Below are positions 18,272-28,600 of a stretch of DNA of 50,085 nucleotides, piece by piece. The number at the start of each line of letters is the position of its first letter. The stretch's first letter is position 1. The translations under genes and the position numbers were made by a program. The DNA is from Eubacteriales bacterium (GTDB lineage: Bacteria; Bacillota; Clostridia; Oscillospirales; SIG627): the NCBI GenBank assembly GCA_045580105.1, contig JAZNNH010000036.1, positions 1 to 50,085 on the forward strand, in the 5' to 3' direction. Below the pieces are notes generated by a model that searched no databases, was not told the DNA's origin, and saw only the letters and a program-made list of their open reading frames with translations.

Positions 18272-21136
18272 ATGGAAGAAAAAATGAATTTTGAAGTTCC
18301 GCTTTCCCCCTCGCAGGAGCCGGCGGCGCCTGTGGGAATGCCGGAGGGGGAACGTGCGAAAACGCAAACGCCGCCAAAGGGAAAATGTTCTTTGTGGCTG
18401 GAGCAAAAGAGAGGCGGCGCACTTCCTCTGGTCCTTTCCTTTTTGCTCCCGTTTTCTGTTTTTTCGCTTTGTCTGATCTTCGGCGGGCTGTATCCGTTCG
18501 GGGATGAGCAGATCATCAACTACGATGGTTGGCATCAGTACTATCCGTTTTTGCTGAAGCTTTGGGATCATTTCCACGAGGGAACGAGCTTTCTTTACGA
18601 TTGGTCCATGGGAATGGGAACCAATTTTCTTTCCATGCTCTCTTATTACGGCTCGAGCCCCTTAAATTTGCTTCTGCTGTTCGTGCCGGTGCGCGAGTTC
18701 CGTTGGCTTTTTATGCTCTTTGTGATGATCCGTTTCGGATTGGCAGGTCTTTTCTCCGGTCTTTTCTTGAGAAAAATAACGAAGAATCCCGGCTTTTCCA
18801 TCGCGTTTTTTGCAAGCGGATATGCGCTCAGCAGTTTTCTTTTGGGCTATTTTTGGAACAATATGTGGCTGGATACCGTTGCCCTGTTTCCGCTTTTGTG
18901 TCTTTGCCTTGTCATTTTGTTTCGGGAACAAGAGAGCCGATGGTACGTGCTCGTTTTAGCATTGAGTCTTTTTTCCAATTATTATATCGGATATATGAGC
19001 TGCGTGTTTTTGGTGCTGGCGTTCTTTGCGCTTTGCATCATCGATCGCGTCAATTTCAATGAATTCTTGTGCAGGGGCTTTCGCCTTCTTGTCACCACGC
19101 TTCTCGGAGCGGGACTTGCCGCCGTTTTGCTGCTTCCCGCCCTTTTGGGACTTTTGAGTACGGCCTCCACGCAGGATGCCGTTCCCATGTACGTTTCGTT
19201 TTATGAATCCGTGCGGGATCTGCTCGCGCCCTTCTCTTCTTTCCACGCACCTGCGGTGATGGAGGGACTTCCCAACATCACCACGACCGCGACCATGGCA
19301 CTCTTCGGCTTTGCTTTTCTGTGGGCAAAGAAGGTGGGATTTCGAAAGAAGATCGTCGCATTTTTCCTTTTGGTGTTCCTACTTTTTTCTATGAATTTCA
19401 GCGTGCTCAATTATATTTGGCACGGGATGCATTACACCAATATGATCCCTTATCGCTTTGCCTACGTCTTTTGCTTTCTCATCGTTGTGATGGCGTATTA
19501 CTATTACAAAAAAGCGGTGGACGCCTTTGACTGGATCGATGCGGTGGGAATGCTGATGTTTGCCGTCCTGGTGGCATTCTGCGCTTTCGGCTATTACGAA
19601 ACTTGGAGCATTTTGGCAACTGTCGGCGTGCTTGCCGTTTCCATGGTTCTTTGTGCTTTTTGCGCCGGAAAAATCATTTCAAAAAGAGCATTTTCTTCCG
19701 CCGTTTGCGTTCTTTTGGCCATCGAGCTTTGCGTTAACACCTGGCTTGGCACTCAGGCGGTGGGAACAACCAGTTATTCGCAATATTTTGATTTAAAAAC
19801 CGGACAGGAGATCGAAGAGCTGGTTCAAGTTGCCAAAGAGAATCAAACCGATCCGTCCGAGTTTTACCGGATGGAAGTGACCGAGTGGCGAAGTCTGAAT
19901 GACTCTTGCTTTTACGGCTATAACGGAATATCTCAATTTTCCTCCTCGGCCAACCGTGATGTATCCGCCTATCTTCTGGGTCTGGGAATGCCTGCAGATC
20001 CGGGCAGCAACCGATTTGTTTACGTCCACGGAACGCCGCTTGCCAACATGGCTTTGGGGGTCAAATATTTGATTTCGAAAACCGGATATTTGTCCGACAC
20101 AGGGCTCAAGTGCGTGTTGGCCGGCTCGAACGATCAAACGTGTGCGCTTTATGAGGAGTCGGCGTTTTCCGGTCTTGGCTTTATGATCGAAGAGGGCGGG
20201 GCTGATTTTCAATTTGATTTGACAAAAATGCCCTACGAACGGCAAAACGAGCTCTTTTGTGCCATGACAGGTCTTGAGGGAGAACTGTTTACCCCCATCG
20301 AGCCGATCGGCGCAGACCATACCAATTTGAACGTGACTGCATTGGGTGACGATTCCTATGAATTCTCTGCTTCCAATGAAGAAGAAACGGATTCGGACAC
20401 CTACGTTCTGCGCTTCACCTATCGCGCTCCGCAAACGGGAATGATCTACGTCTATGCCGACGTGCCAACGTCCAATTTCATTCAGGTCAACCACAACTGG
20501 CACTGCATCGAAGATTACCCCAACTTCTTTTCCGCCGGATATTTTAAAGAAAACGAAGAGTTTTCTCTAAGAACCGTCATTGACGCAGAGGGCGAGGAGT
20601 TTACCGACACCGCATCCTACGACGTGGTTGTGATGAACCAGGCGCTTTGGCAGGAGGGGCTGGCAAAGATTCAAGATGAAAAAATGCAGGTTCTTTCCAT
20701 GGAAGACACTGGTTTAAAGGCGCGGGTCAACGCCAAAACGGACGGCTATCTCTACACCTCCATCCCCTTTGAAAAAGAGGGGTGCTGGACGCTTTGGGTT
20801 GATGGAAAAGAGGCGGAAATCACCCCCTTTGCCGATGCCTTCGTGGGCGTTCGTCTGACGCAGGGTGAGCACGAGATCGAACTGCGCTACTCTCCCCTCG
20901 GCTTTGTACCCGGCGCTTGGATCACGGCAATTTCTCTTCTTCTTTTGATTCTTTTGTGGGTTTGGGAGAGAAAGGGCGGTCGGCTCTTTCCCGAAAAGGT
21001 GCGTCCAACCACAAGTGCTTTGTCTGAGGATGGGGGAACGTCGGAAGAAGGGGAAACTCAAAACGAGCCCGAAATTTTGTTAGGAGAAAAGGATGACCAT
21101 ACACAAACTTGCGTCCATCACCAGGAAAGGACTTGA
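18272..21136 (+). CDS. YfhO family membrane protein (GT-C fold glycosyltransferase)
   Basis: YPFGD...DGWHQYYPF, YYGSSPLNLL, NNMWLD, SNYYIGYM, PYRFAY, C-terminal TSIPF...W...VDGK...GEHEIELRY. Confidence 0.88.
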   Translation: MEEKMNFEVPLSPSQEPAAPVGMPEGERAKTQTPPKGKCSLWLEQKRGGALPLVLSFLLPFSVFSLCLIFGGLYPFGDEQIINYDGWHQYYPFLLKLWDHFHEGTSFLYDWSMGMGTNFLSMLSYYGSSPLNLLLLFVPVREFRWLFMLFVMIRFGLAGLFSGLFLRKITKNPGFSIAFFASGYALSSFLLGYFWNNMWLDTVALFPLLCLCLVILFREQESRWYVLVLALSLFSNYYIGYMSCVFLVLAFFALCIIDRVNFNEFLCRGFRLLVTTLLGAGLAAVLLLPALLGLLSTASTQDAVPMYVSFYESVRDLLAPFSSFHAPAVMEGLPNITTTATMALFGFAFLWAKKVGFRKKIVAFFLLVFLLFSMNFSVLNYIWHGMHYTNMIPYRFAYVFCFLIVVMAYYYYKKAVDAFDWIDAVGMLMFAVLVAFCAFGYYETWSILATVGVLAVSMVLCAFCAGKIISKRAFSSAVCVLLAIELCVNTWLGTQAVGTTSYSQYFDLKTGQEIEELVQVAKENQTDPSEFYRMEVTEWRSLNDSCFYGYNGISQFSSSANRDVSAYLLGLGMPADPGSNRFVYVHGTPLANMALGVKYLISKTGYLSDTGLKCVLAGSNDQTCALYEESAFSGLGFMIEEGGADFQFDLTKMPYERQNELFCAMTGLEGELFTPIEPIGADHTNLNVTALGDDSYEFSASNEEETDSDTYVLRFTYRAPQTGMIYVYADVPTSNFIQVNHNWHCIEDYPNFFSAGYFKENEEFSLRTVIDAEGEEFTDTASYDVVVMNQALWQEGLAKIQDEKMQVLSMEDTGLKARVNAKTDGYLYTSIPFEKEGCWTLWVDGKEAEITPFADAFVGVRLTQGEHEIELRYSPLGFVPGAWITAISLLLLILLWVWERKGGRLFPEKVRPTTSALSEDGGTSEEGETQNEPEILLGEKDDHTQTCVHHQERT

Positions 21137-21827
21137 CGATTTTTCCATGGTCGAAGAGGGCGAGTGCATCACGGTCGGCGTTTCCGGAGGAAAGGATTCT
21201 CTGGCTCTGGTAACGGCTCTGGCGCATCTTTCCCATTTTCATCCCAAACGCTTTACCGTGAACGCCGTGACCGTAGACCTCGGCTTCCCCGGTGCGGATT
21301 ATACGCCCATTGCCCGTTATCTGGAGGATTTGGGTGTACCTTACCGCGTGGAAAAAACCGAGATCGGAAACATCGTATTTGAAACGAGAAAAGAAAAAAA
21401 TCCCTGTGCGCTCTGTTCGAAGATGAAACGGGCGGTTTTGTGCGAAGCGGTTCGCGATATGGGTGGTCGGAAATTAGCACTGGCGCACCACAAGGATGAT
21501 TTGATCGATACCTTTTTGCTGAATTTGTTTTACGCCGGCAGAATCGATACCTTTTTGCCCGTAACAGACTTGGACAAGACCGGAATCACGGTCATTCGAC
21601 CGTTTCTCTATGCCGAGGAAAAGGAATTGGTGTATTTTACCAACAAAAATCCCATGCCGGTTTGCTCCTCGCTCTGTCCTGCCGATAAATTCACCTCGCG
21701 CGAAGAAGTGAAGGTCTGGCTTCGAACGCTGGCAAAAACCAATCCCGACATCAAATCAAAGCTCTTTGGTGCCATCGAACGCGCCGGACTTCTCGATCGG
21801 AAAAAGAACGATACCATCACCTTGTAA
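21093..21827 (+). CDS. ttcA: TtcA-family tRNA 2-thiocytidine biosynthesis protein
   Basis: PP-loop SGGKDS, PCALC, HHKDD, IRP, CP. Confidence 0.85.
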   Translation: MTIHKLASITRKGLDDFSMVEEGECITVGVSGGKDSLALVTALAHLSHFHPKRFTVNAVTVDLGFPGADYTPIARYLEDLGVPYRVEKTEIGNIVFETRKEKNPCALCSKMKRAVLCEAVRDMGGRKLALAHHKDDLIDTFLLNLFYAGRIDTFLPVTDLDKTGITVIRPFLYAEEKELVYFTNKNPMPVCSSLCPADKFTSREEVKVWLRTLAKTNPDIKSKLFGAIERAGLLDRKKNDTITL

Positions 21828-21852
21828 TTTGTGAAAAAAATGTTAACAATAA

Positions 21853-22236
<384 letters not shown>

Positions 22237-22248
22237 GGAGGCAAAATC

Positions 22249-23883
22249 ATGGCAAAAGAGATGATTTACGGCATCGAAGCCAGAAACAAATTGATGAGCG
22301 GCATTGACAAGCTTGCCAATGCAGTGAAATCAACCATCGGCCCCAAGGGCAGAAACGTGGTGCTGGATAAAAAATTCGGCGCACCCCTGATTACCAACGA
22401 CGGTGTGACCATCGCAAAAGAAATTGAACTGGACGATGCGTTTGAAAACATGGGCGCACAGCTGATTCGTCAGGTTGCCGTTAAGACCAATGATGCCGCC
22501 GGCGACGGTACGACCACCGCAACCGTTCTGGCTCAGGCATTCGTTCGCGAAGGTATGAAGAACGTCACCGCAGGTGCTAACCCCATGGTGATCAAAAAAG
22601 GTATTTCCAAGGCAGTGGACGTTGCCATTGCAGAATTGAAGAAGAATTCCAAGCCCGTTTCCGGCAAGGAAGACATCGTCAGAGTCGGTACCATTTCCGG
22701 CGGCGACGAGCTGGTCGGCACGCTCATTGCCGATGCGATGGAAAAAGTTACCTCGGACGGCGTTATCACCGTAGAAGAAAGCAAATCTGCCGATACCTAC
22801 TGCGAAGTGGTAGAGGGTATGCAGTTTGACCGTGGCTACCTTTCTCCCTATATGGTAACCGATACCGATAAGATGGAAGCCGTGTTTGACGATGCCATCC
22901 TTTTGATTACCGACAAGAAGATTTCCAACATTCAGGAGATCCTTCCCTTGCTCGAGCAGGTCATGCAGTCCGGCAAGAAGCTGGTCATCATTGCCGAGGA
23001 CGTAGAAGGCGAAGCTCTTTCCACCCTGCTTGTCAACAAGCTCCGTGGCACCTTTACCTGCGCGGCTGTCAAAGCGCCGGGATTTGGTGACAGAAGAAAA
23101 GAAATGCTTCAGGACATCGCCATTCTCACCGGCGGTACCGTGGTTTCTTCCGATTTGGGTCTGGAACTGAAGGAAACGACCTTCGATATGCTCGGTCGTG
23201 CCAAGCAGGTTAAGATCACCAAAGAAAACACCATCATCGTGGGCGGTCAGGGAAGCACGGATGCCATCCGCGACAGAATTGCATCCATTCGTTCCGGCAT
23301 CGAAACCACGACCAGTGATTTCGACCGTGAAAAGCTTCAGGAACGCCTGGCAAAACTTGCCGGTGGTGTTGCCGTGATCAAAGTCGGTGCGGCAACCGAA
23401 GCAGAAATGAAAGATAAGAAGCTGCGCATTGAAGATGCTCTGAACGCAACCCGTGCCGCTGTGGAAGAAGGCATTGTTCCCGGTGGCGGTGTGGCTTTGC
23501 TCAACACCGTTCCCGCTGTCAAAGCATTGATGGAAACCCTTTCCGGCGAAGAAAAGATCGGTGCTCAGATCGTTCTGCGCGCACTGGAAGATCCTGCCCG
23601 TCAGATCGCCGCAAACGCCGGCTTTGAAGGCAGTGTCATCATCGACAAGGTTCTCTCTTCCGGCAAGATCGCTTACGGCTTCAACGCATACACCGAAGAA
23701 TATGTTGATATGTACGAAGCCGGCATCATTGACCCGACCAAGGTAACCCGTTCTGCTCTTGCCAATGCTTCCAGCGTATCTTCCATGGTTCTGACCACCG
23801 AAGTTCTCGTGGCAGACAAAAAAGAAGATGCTCAGGCCGCAGCAGCAGCCGCCGCTCAGGCAGCCGCAGGCGGAATGTATTAA
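22249..23883 (+). CDS. groEL: Chaperonin GroEL
   Basis: [30 protein letters not shown] end. Confidence 0.99.
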   Translation: MAKEMIYGIEARNKLMSGIDKLANAVKSTIGPKGRNVVLDKKFGAPLITNDGVTIAKEIELDDAFENMGAQLIRQVAVKTNDAAGDGTTTATVLAQAFVREGMKNVTAGANPMVIKKGISKAVDVAIAELKKNSKPVSGKEDIVRVGTISGGDELVGTLIADAMEKVTSDGVITVEESKSADTYCEVVEGMQFDRGYLSPYMVTDTDKMEAVFDDAILLITDKKISNIQEILPLLEQVMQSGKKLVIIAEDVEGEALSTLLVNKLRGTFTCAAVKAPGFGDRRKEMLQDIAILTGGTVVSSDLGLELKETTFDMLGRAKQVKITKENTIIVGGQGSTDAIRDRIASIRSGIETTTSDFDREKLQERLAKLAGGVAVIKVGAATEAEMKDKKLRIEDALNATRAAVEEGIVPGGGVALLNTVPAVKALMETLSGEEKIGAQIVLRALEDPARQIAANAGFEGSVIIDKVLSSGKIAYGFNAYTEEYVDMYEAGIIDPTKVTRSALANASSVSSMVLTTEVLVADKKEDAQAAAAAAAQAAAGGMY

Positions 23884-23898
23884 TTCCCACTTCTGACA

Positions 23899-23929
23899 AA
23901 AAAAAGGACCGCTTTTGCGGTCTTTTTTT
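23899..23929. terminator. Bidirectional intrinsic terminator between groEL and uppP
   Basis: A-tract-GGACCGC-tttt-GCGGTCT-T-tract between convergent genes. Confidence 0.8.
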
Positions 23930-23942
23930 ATTTTGAATGGAC

Positions 23943-24773
23943 TTATACAAAGGCAAAATAGATCAACACCAAAGCACCGAGGACGATGCGATACCAACCG
24001 AAGGCGGCAAAGGAGTTCTTTTTGATGTATTGCATCAAAAATTTGATCACGAAAACTGAGGTGACAAAAGCAACCAAACAGCCGATTGCGAGAATCAAGA
24101 TTTGATACGAGGTAAAGACAAATCCGAATTTCAAAAGTTTCAAGGCGGAATAGCCCAGCATCACGGGAACGGCAAGGAAAAAGGTGAATTCTGCGGCCGC
24201 CACGCGGCTGATTCCTAAAATGAGAGAACCGACGATGGTCGAGCCCGAGCGCGAGGTGCCAGGAATGATGGAAAGCACTTGGAAAAGTCCGATCAGAAGG
24301 GCATCCTTGTAGGTGATATCGGATAGAGAAGTGACGCGAGTCGGGCGCTTGGCGTTCCATTTTTCCACCACAATGAAAGCGACGCCGTAAAGCACCAGGG
24401 CAAGGGCGATGACGGTGGGGGTGTGCAGATGTGCATCGATCCAATCGTCAAACAGTAGAGTGATGACCGCGCCGGGGATGCAAGCGACGACCACTTTAAA
24501 CCAAAGGGAAAATACGTCTTTGCGGATGACACTTTCCTTTTTGTTTTTCCACTGGAAAGGGAACATTTTATCCCAAAACAAAAGCAAAACCGCCAAAATG
24601 GCACCCAGCTGAATGACAATGAAGAACATTTCCTTGAACGCTTCACTTTCATTCAATTTGAAAAACTCGTCGACCAAAAGCATATGCCCCGTACTGGAAA
24701 TGGGAAGCCATTCGGTCACGCCTTCCACGATTCCCAAAATGAGAACCTTGAGAAACTCCAATATTTTTTCCAT
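23943..24773 (-). CDS. uppP: Undecaprenyl-diphosphate phosphatase
   Basis: GIVEGVTEWLPISSTGH, IQLGAILAV, PGTSRSG, FGWYR. Confidence 0.95.
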   Translation of the reverse strand: MEKILEFLKVLILGIVEGVTEWLPISSTGHMLLVDEFFKLNESEAFKEMFFIVIQLGAILAVLLLFWDKMFPFQWKNKKESVIRKDVFSLWFKVVVACIPGAVITLLFDDWIDAHLHTPTVIALALVLYGVAFIVVEKWNAKRPTRVTSLSDITYKDALLIGLFQVLSIIPGTSRSGSTIVGSLILGISRVAAAEFTFFLAVPVMLGYSALKLLKFGFVFTSYQILILAIGCLVAFVTSVFVIKFLMQYIKKNSFAAFGWYRIVLGALVLIYFAFV

Positions 24774-24860
24774 ATTTTCTCCTCGTCTGTTTTGTAAAAT
24801 GTATGCGAGAATGTTTTCCTATTTTACCATAAGCGGCTTTTTTTGTAAAGAAAAAGAGGA

Positions 24861-24889
24861 TTGACAAGCAAAAAAAAACAAGATATAAT
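24861..24889 (+). promoter_or_regulatory. Consensus sigma-A promoter of thrS
   Basis: TTGACA, 17 nt spacer, TATAAT. Confidence 0.85.
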
Positions 24890-24899
24890 ATTCGTAAGG

Positions 24900-25120
24900 A
24901 ACACGTCAAGGAAACAAGCCGTTCTTCAGAGAGGCGGGGTAGGTGAAAGCCGCCGTTCGGAATTTTTTTGGTACCATCCTTTCAGTCCCGCAGGAAATGG
25001 CGGCGCGCACCCGGCGAAACAGGGGAAACGAAGAGCAGACCCTGGGTCTGAATTCGGGTGGAACCGTGGGAATTTTTCTCACCCCGAAAGCAAAAAGCTT
25101 TCCGGGGTGTTATTTTTTTG
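24900..25120 (+). promoter_or_regulatory. T-box riboswitch (Thr) leader
   Basis: AGAGA and GGTGAAA stem-I motifs, likely ACC specifier at 24973-24975, T-box AATTCGGGTGGAACCG at about 25051-25066, terminator CCCCGAAAGC...GCTTTCCGGGG + T-tract; precedes thrS. Confidence 0.9.
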
Positions 25121-25147
25121 CCCCGAAATTACAAGGAGGAAGAAACG

Positions 25148-26914
25148 ATGAAAGTAATTTGTAACGACGGCGCTGTTCGTGAGGATCTGACCCCCGAAGA
25201 AGAACTGCACGTCATTCGCCACACCGCCGCGCACGTTTGCGCACAGGCAATCAAGCGCCTGTATCCCCACGCGGATTTTGCCTTTGGCCCTGCCACGGAA
25301 AAAGGTTTTTATTACGACGTTGATTTGGGAGAAACCAAGCTTTCCGATGAAGATCTGGTTCGCATTGAAACGGAAATGAGAAAGATCGTCAAAGAAAATC
25401 TTCCCATCAAACCCTTCATTCTTCCCAGAGAAGAAGCCATCAAGCTAATGGAAGAGCGAAAGGAAAAATATAAGGTCGAGCACATCGGGGATTTGGCAGA
25501 GGATGCTCCCATCAGCTTTTATCAGCAGGGTGAGTATATCGATATGTGTGTCGGACCGCATCTGATGTATACCAAAGCGCTCAAAGCGTTTAAAATCACG
25601 CAGCAGTCCGGTGCTTACTGGAAAAACGACAAGAACAATAAAATGCTCACCCGTATCGGCGGTGTTGCGTTCCGCACAGCGGAGGAAATGGATGAATATA
25701 TGAAACTGATGGAGGAAGCGGAAAAACGCGACCACCGTCGAATCGGCAAGGAAATGGGACTGTTTATGATCTGCGAAGAAGGCCCCGGCTTCCCGTTCTT
25801 TCTGCCTCGCGGTACGGCACTGAAAAACGCCTTGATCGATTATTGGCGCGACATTCACTACCGCGATCACTACGTGGAAGTGGCAACGCCTCTGATTATG
25901 AACCGTCAGCTTTGGGAAACCAGCGGTCACTGGGATCACTATAAGGATAATATGTATTCCACCCTCATCGACGAGGAAACCTATTGCATCAAGCCGATGA
26001 ACTGTCCGGGCGGCGTGATGGTTTACCGTTCCACCCCACATTCCTACCGCGATCTTCCCATTCGTATGGGAGAACTCGGCTTGGTTCACCGCCACGAGCT
26101 GCGCGGCGCGCTTCACGGTCTGTTCCGCGTGCGCTGCTTTACGCAGGACGATGCGCACATCTTTATGCGCCCCGATCAGATCACCGATGAAATTATGGCG
26201 GTGGTTCACCTGATCAATGAGGTCTACACCAAATTCGGATTCAAATATTTCATTGAACTGTCCACCCGTCCCGAAAATTCGATGGGTAGCGATGAAGATT
26301 GGGAAGCCGCAACCGAGGGCTTGAAGAGTGCCTTGGAAAAATTGGGTCTTGATTACATCATCAACGAGGGGGACGGCGCGTTCTACGGCCCCAAGATCGA
26401 CTTCCATCTGGAAGACAGTCTTGGAAGAAGCTGGCAATGCGGCACCATTCAATTGGACTTCCAGATGCCCATCAATTTCGGTCTGGAATACGTGGACGAA
26501 ACCGGCTCAAAGAAAAAGCCGATTATGATTCACCGCGTATGCTTTGGCTCGATCGAGCGCTTCATCGGTATTCTCACCGAGCACTTTGCCGGCAAATTCC
26601 CCGCTTGGCTTGCTCCGGTTCAAGTCAAGGTTCTTCCGGTTTCCGAAAAGAGCTTGGAATATTCTACGAGCGTGTATCAGGCCATTCGCGATGCGGGAAT
26701 TCGCTGTGAATTGGACGACAGAAACGAAAAGATCGGATATAAGATCCGCGAGGCGCAAGCTGTTGACCGCGTTCCGTATATGCTCGTTTTGGGTGGCAAA
26801 GAAGTGGAAGACGGAACTGTTTCCGTTCGTAACCGCGATACGCTGCAAACCGAAACGATGTCACTGGAAGCATTCCTTTCCAAAATTTGTGAAGAAACGA
26901 AAAACAGAATCTAA
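25148..26914 (+). CDS. thrS: Threonine--tRNA ligase
   Basis: RHTAAH, DMCVGPH, KRDHR, KPMNCP, RVRCFTQDDAH, MIHR...GSIERF; ATG after AGGAGG. Confidence 0.98.
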   Translation: MKVICNDGAVREDLTPEEELHVIRHTAAHVCAQAIKRLYPHADFAFGPATEKGFYYDVDLGETKLSDEDLVRIETEMRKIVKENLPIKPFILPREEAIKLMEERKEKYKVEHIGDLAEDAPISFYQQGEYIDMCVGPHLMYTKALKAFKITQQSGAYWKNDKNNKMLTRIGGVAFRTAEEMDEYMKLMEEAEKRDHRRIGKEMGLFMICEEGPGFPFFLPRGTALKNALIDYWRDIHYRDHYVEVATPLIMNRQLWETSGHWDHYKDNMYSTLIDEETYCIKPMNCPGGVMVYRSTPHSYRDLPIRMGELGLVHRHELRGALHGLFRVRCFTQDDAHIFMRPDQITDEIMAVVHLINEVYTKFGFKYFIELSTRPENSMGSDEDWEAATEGLKSALEKLGLDYIINEGDGAFYGPKIDFHLEDSLGRSWQCGTIQLDFQMPINFGLEYVDETGSKKKPIMIHRVCFGSIERFIGILTEHFAGKFPAWLAPVQVKVLPVSEKSLEYSTSVYQAIRDAGIRCELDDRNEKIGYKIREAQAVDRVPYMLVLGGKEVEDGTVSVRNRDTLQTETMSLEAFLSKICEETKNRI

Positions 26915-26921
26915 ATATTTC

Positions 26922-26949
26922 AAGAAGACCGCTTTACGCGGTCTTTTTT
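26922..26949 (+). terminator. Intrinsic terminator of thrS
   Basis: AAGACCGC-ttta-c-GCGGTCTT followed by a T-tract. Confidence 0.8.
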
Positions 26950-26950
26950 C

Positions 26951-26979
26951 TTGACAAATACATTCTTTTTCTATATAAT
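26951..26979 (+). promoter_or_regulatory. Consensus sigma-A promoter of the DUF1538 operon
   Basis: TTGACA, 17 nt spacer, TATAAT. Confidence 0.8.
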
Positions 26980-27060
26980 ACCTTTGATATATCCGTATAA
27001 TTAAGTTGATATAGCAAAGACGTGCTTTTGACTCACACAAAAAGGGAAAGGAGTGTCACG

Positions 27061-28599
27061 ATGAGTTCTAAAATGAACCCGAAACTGCGAGAAAAAATTT
27101 TAGAATCCGTTTCTGCGGTACTGCCCATCACGGCCATTGTGCTCCTGATCAGCATCCTTTTAATTCCGTTGAACTTGGATGGCATTGCGCTCTTTTTGTG
27201 TGGTGCGGCGATGCTCATTGTCGGTATGGGCTTTTTCCAGCTCGGTGCGGAAATGGCAATGATGCCGATCGGTGAGGGTCTGGGCGTTCGTTTTTCGCAA
27301 ACCAAGCGGATTATTTTGCTTCTTGTCGTAAGCTTTATAATGGGTGCGATCATCACCATCTCCGAGCCGGATCTTCAGGTGCTTGCCCAGCAAGTTCCTT
27401 CCGTTCCCAATCTCGTCTTGATTCTGACCGTGGCGTTGGGCGTGGGTGCGTTTTTGATGTTGGCGGTGGTTCGAAGCCGCTATCGCATTGATCTTTCCAC
27501 CCTTTTGATCATTTTGTACGCCTTTCTGATCCTCTTTTCCTGTTTTGTTCCCGCCGATTTTATCGCCGTTGCCTTTGACTCGGGCGGGGTGACCACCGGC
27601 CCGATGACCGTTCCCTTTATTATGGCAATGGGTGTCGGTCTTTCCTCGCTTCGTTCCGATAAAAACGCATCCAGCGACGCGTTCGGTCTGGTTGCGCTGT
27701 CCAGCATCGGACCGATTTTGGCGGTTTTGATTCTGGGTGTCTTTTACCGTCCCACCGAGGCGGAATACGCCTTGGAGCGCATTCCCAGCATTGTGACCAC
27801 GCAGGACGTGGCGAAAGAGTTTTGGCATGGATTGATGGTTTATGCCAAGGAAGTGGCAGCATCGCTGCTTCCCATCTTTGTCGTCTTCCTGTTATTCCAG
27901 TTGGTCACCCACCGTTTTCACAAGCGACAGATTGTAAGAGTTGTGATCGGCTTTTTGTTCACCTACGTCGGGCTGGTTCTCTTTTTGTGTGGAGTCAACG
28001 TCGGCTTTTCACCGCTCGGCGCGCACTTGGGAGAGGAAATTGCCCGCTTGCCTTACCGCTGGATCTTGGTTCCTTTGGGAATGCTGATCGGTTATTACAT
28101 CGTCAAGGCAGAGCCCGCCATTCAGGTGCTCAATGCCCAGGTGGAAAGCGTGACGGACGGTGCGATCCCGGTCAAAATGATGAATCGTGCGATGTCCATC
28201 GGTGTTTCGGTCAGTGTGGGTCTTGCCATGCTGCGCATTTTGCTCGGCATTTCCATTCAGTGGATTATTTTGCCCGGCTATCTTTTGGCACTGGTGCTTT
28301 CCCGTATCGTTCCCAAGATTTTCGTCGGTATTGCCTTTGACTCGGGCGGTGTTGCCAGTGGTCCGATGACCAGTACCTTTTTGATTCCGCTTTCCATCGG
28401 TGCTTGTCAAGCAATGGGTGGAAATTTGATGACCGACGCATTTGGCGTGGTCGCGCTGGTTGCTCTGACTCCGCTGATTGCCATTCAATTGATGGGTCTG
28501 GTGTATCAGATCAAGAGCAAGAAGCACGAGCAAGAGGTATTGCCCACGGGCACCCTGCCCGAAAATTGCGATATGATTTTGGATTTTGAGGAGGCGTAA
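27061..28599 (+). CDS. DUF1538 family membrane protein (two fused repeats)
   Basis: Two halves each with EP(D/A)(L/I)QVL and AFDSGGV(TT/AS)GPMT, ending DAFG; ATG after AAGGAG. Confidence 0.85.
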   Translation: MSSKMNPKLREKILESVSAVLPITAIVLLISILLIPLNLDGIALFLCGAAMLIVGMGFFQLGAEMAMMPIGEGLGVRFSQTKRIILLLVVSFIMGAIITISEPDLQVLAQQVPSVPNLVLILTVALGVGAFLMLAVVRSRYRIDLSTLLIILYAFLILFSCFVPADFIAVAFDSGGVTTGPMTVPFIMAMGVGLSSLRSDKNASSDAFGLVALSSIGPILAVLILGVFYRPTEAEYALERIPSIVTTQDVAKEFWHGLMVYAKEVAASLLPIFVVFLLFQLVTHRFHKRQIVRVVIGFLFTYVGLVLFLCGVNVGFSPLGAHLGEEIARLPYRWILVPLGMLIGYYIVKAEPAIQVLNAQVESVTDGAIPVKMMNRAMSIGVSVSVGLAMLRILLGISIQWIILPGYLLALVLSRIVPKIFVGIAFDSGGVASGPMTSTFLIPLSIGACQAMGGNLMTDAFGVVALVALTPLIAIQLMGLVYQIKSKKHEQEVLPTGTLPENCDMILDFEEA

Positions 28600-28600
28600 G

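Noticed and set aside
22330-24444. 704 aa minus-strand ORF
   Set aside because: Antisense shadow of groEL (and out of frame with uppP); long reverse-frame ORFs are common opposite codon-biased genes; no recognisable motifs.
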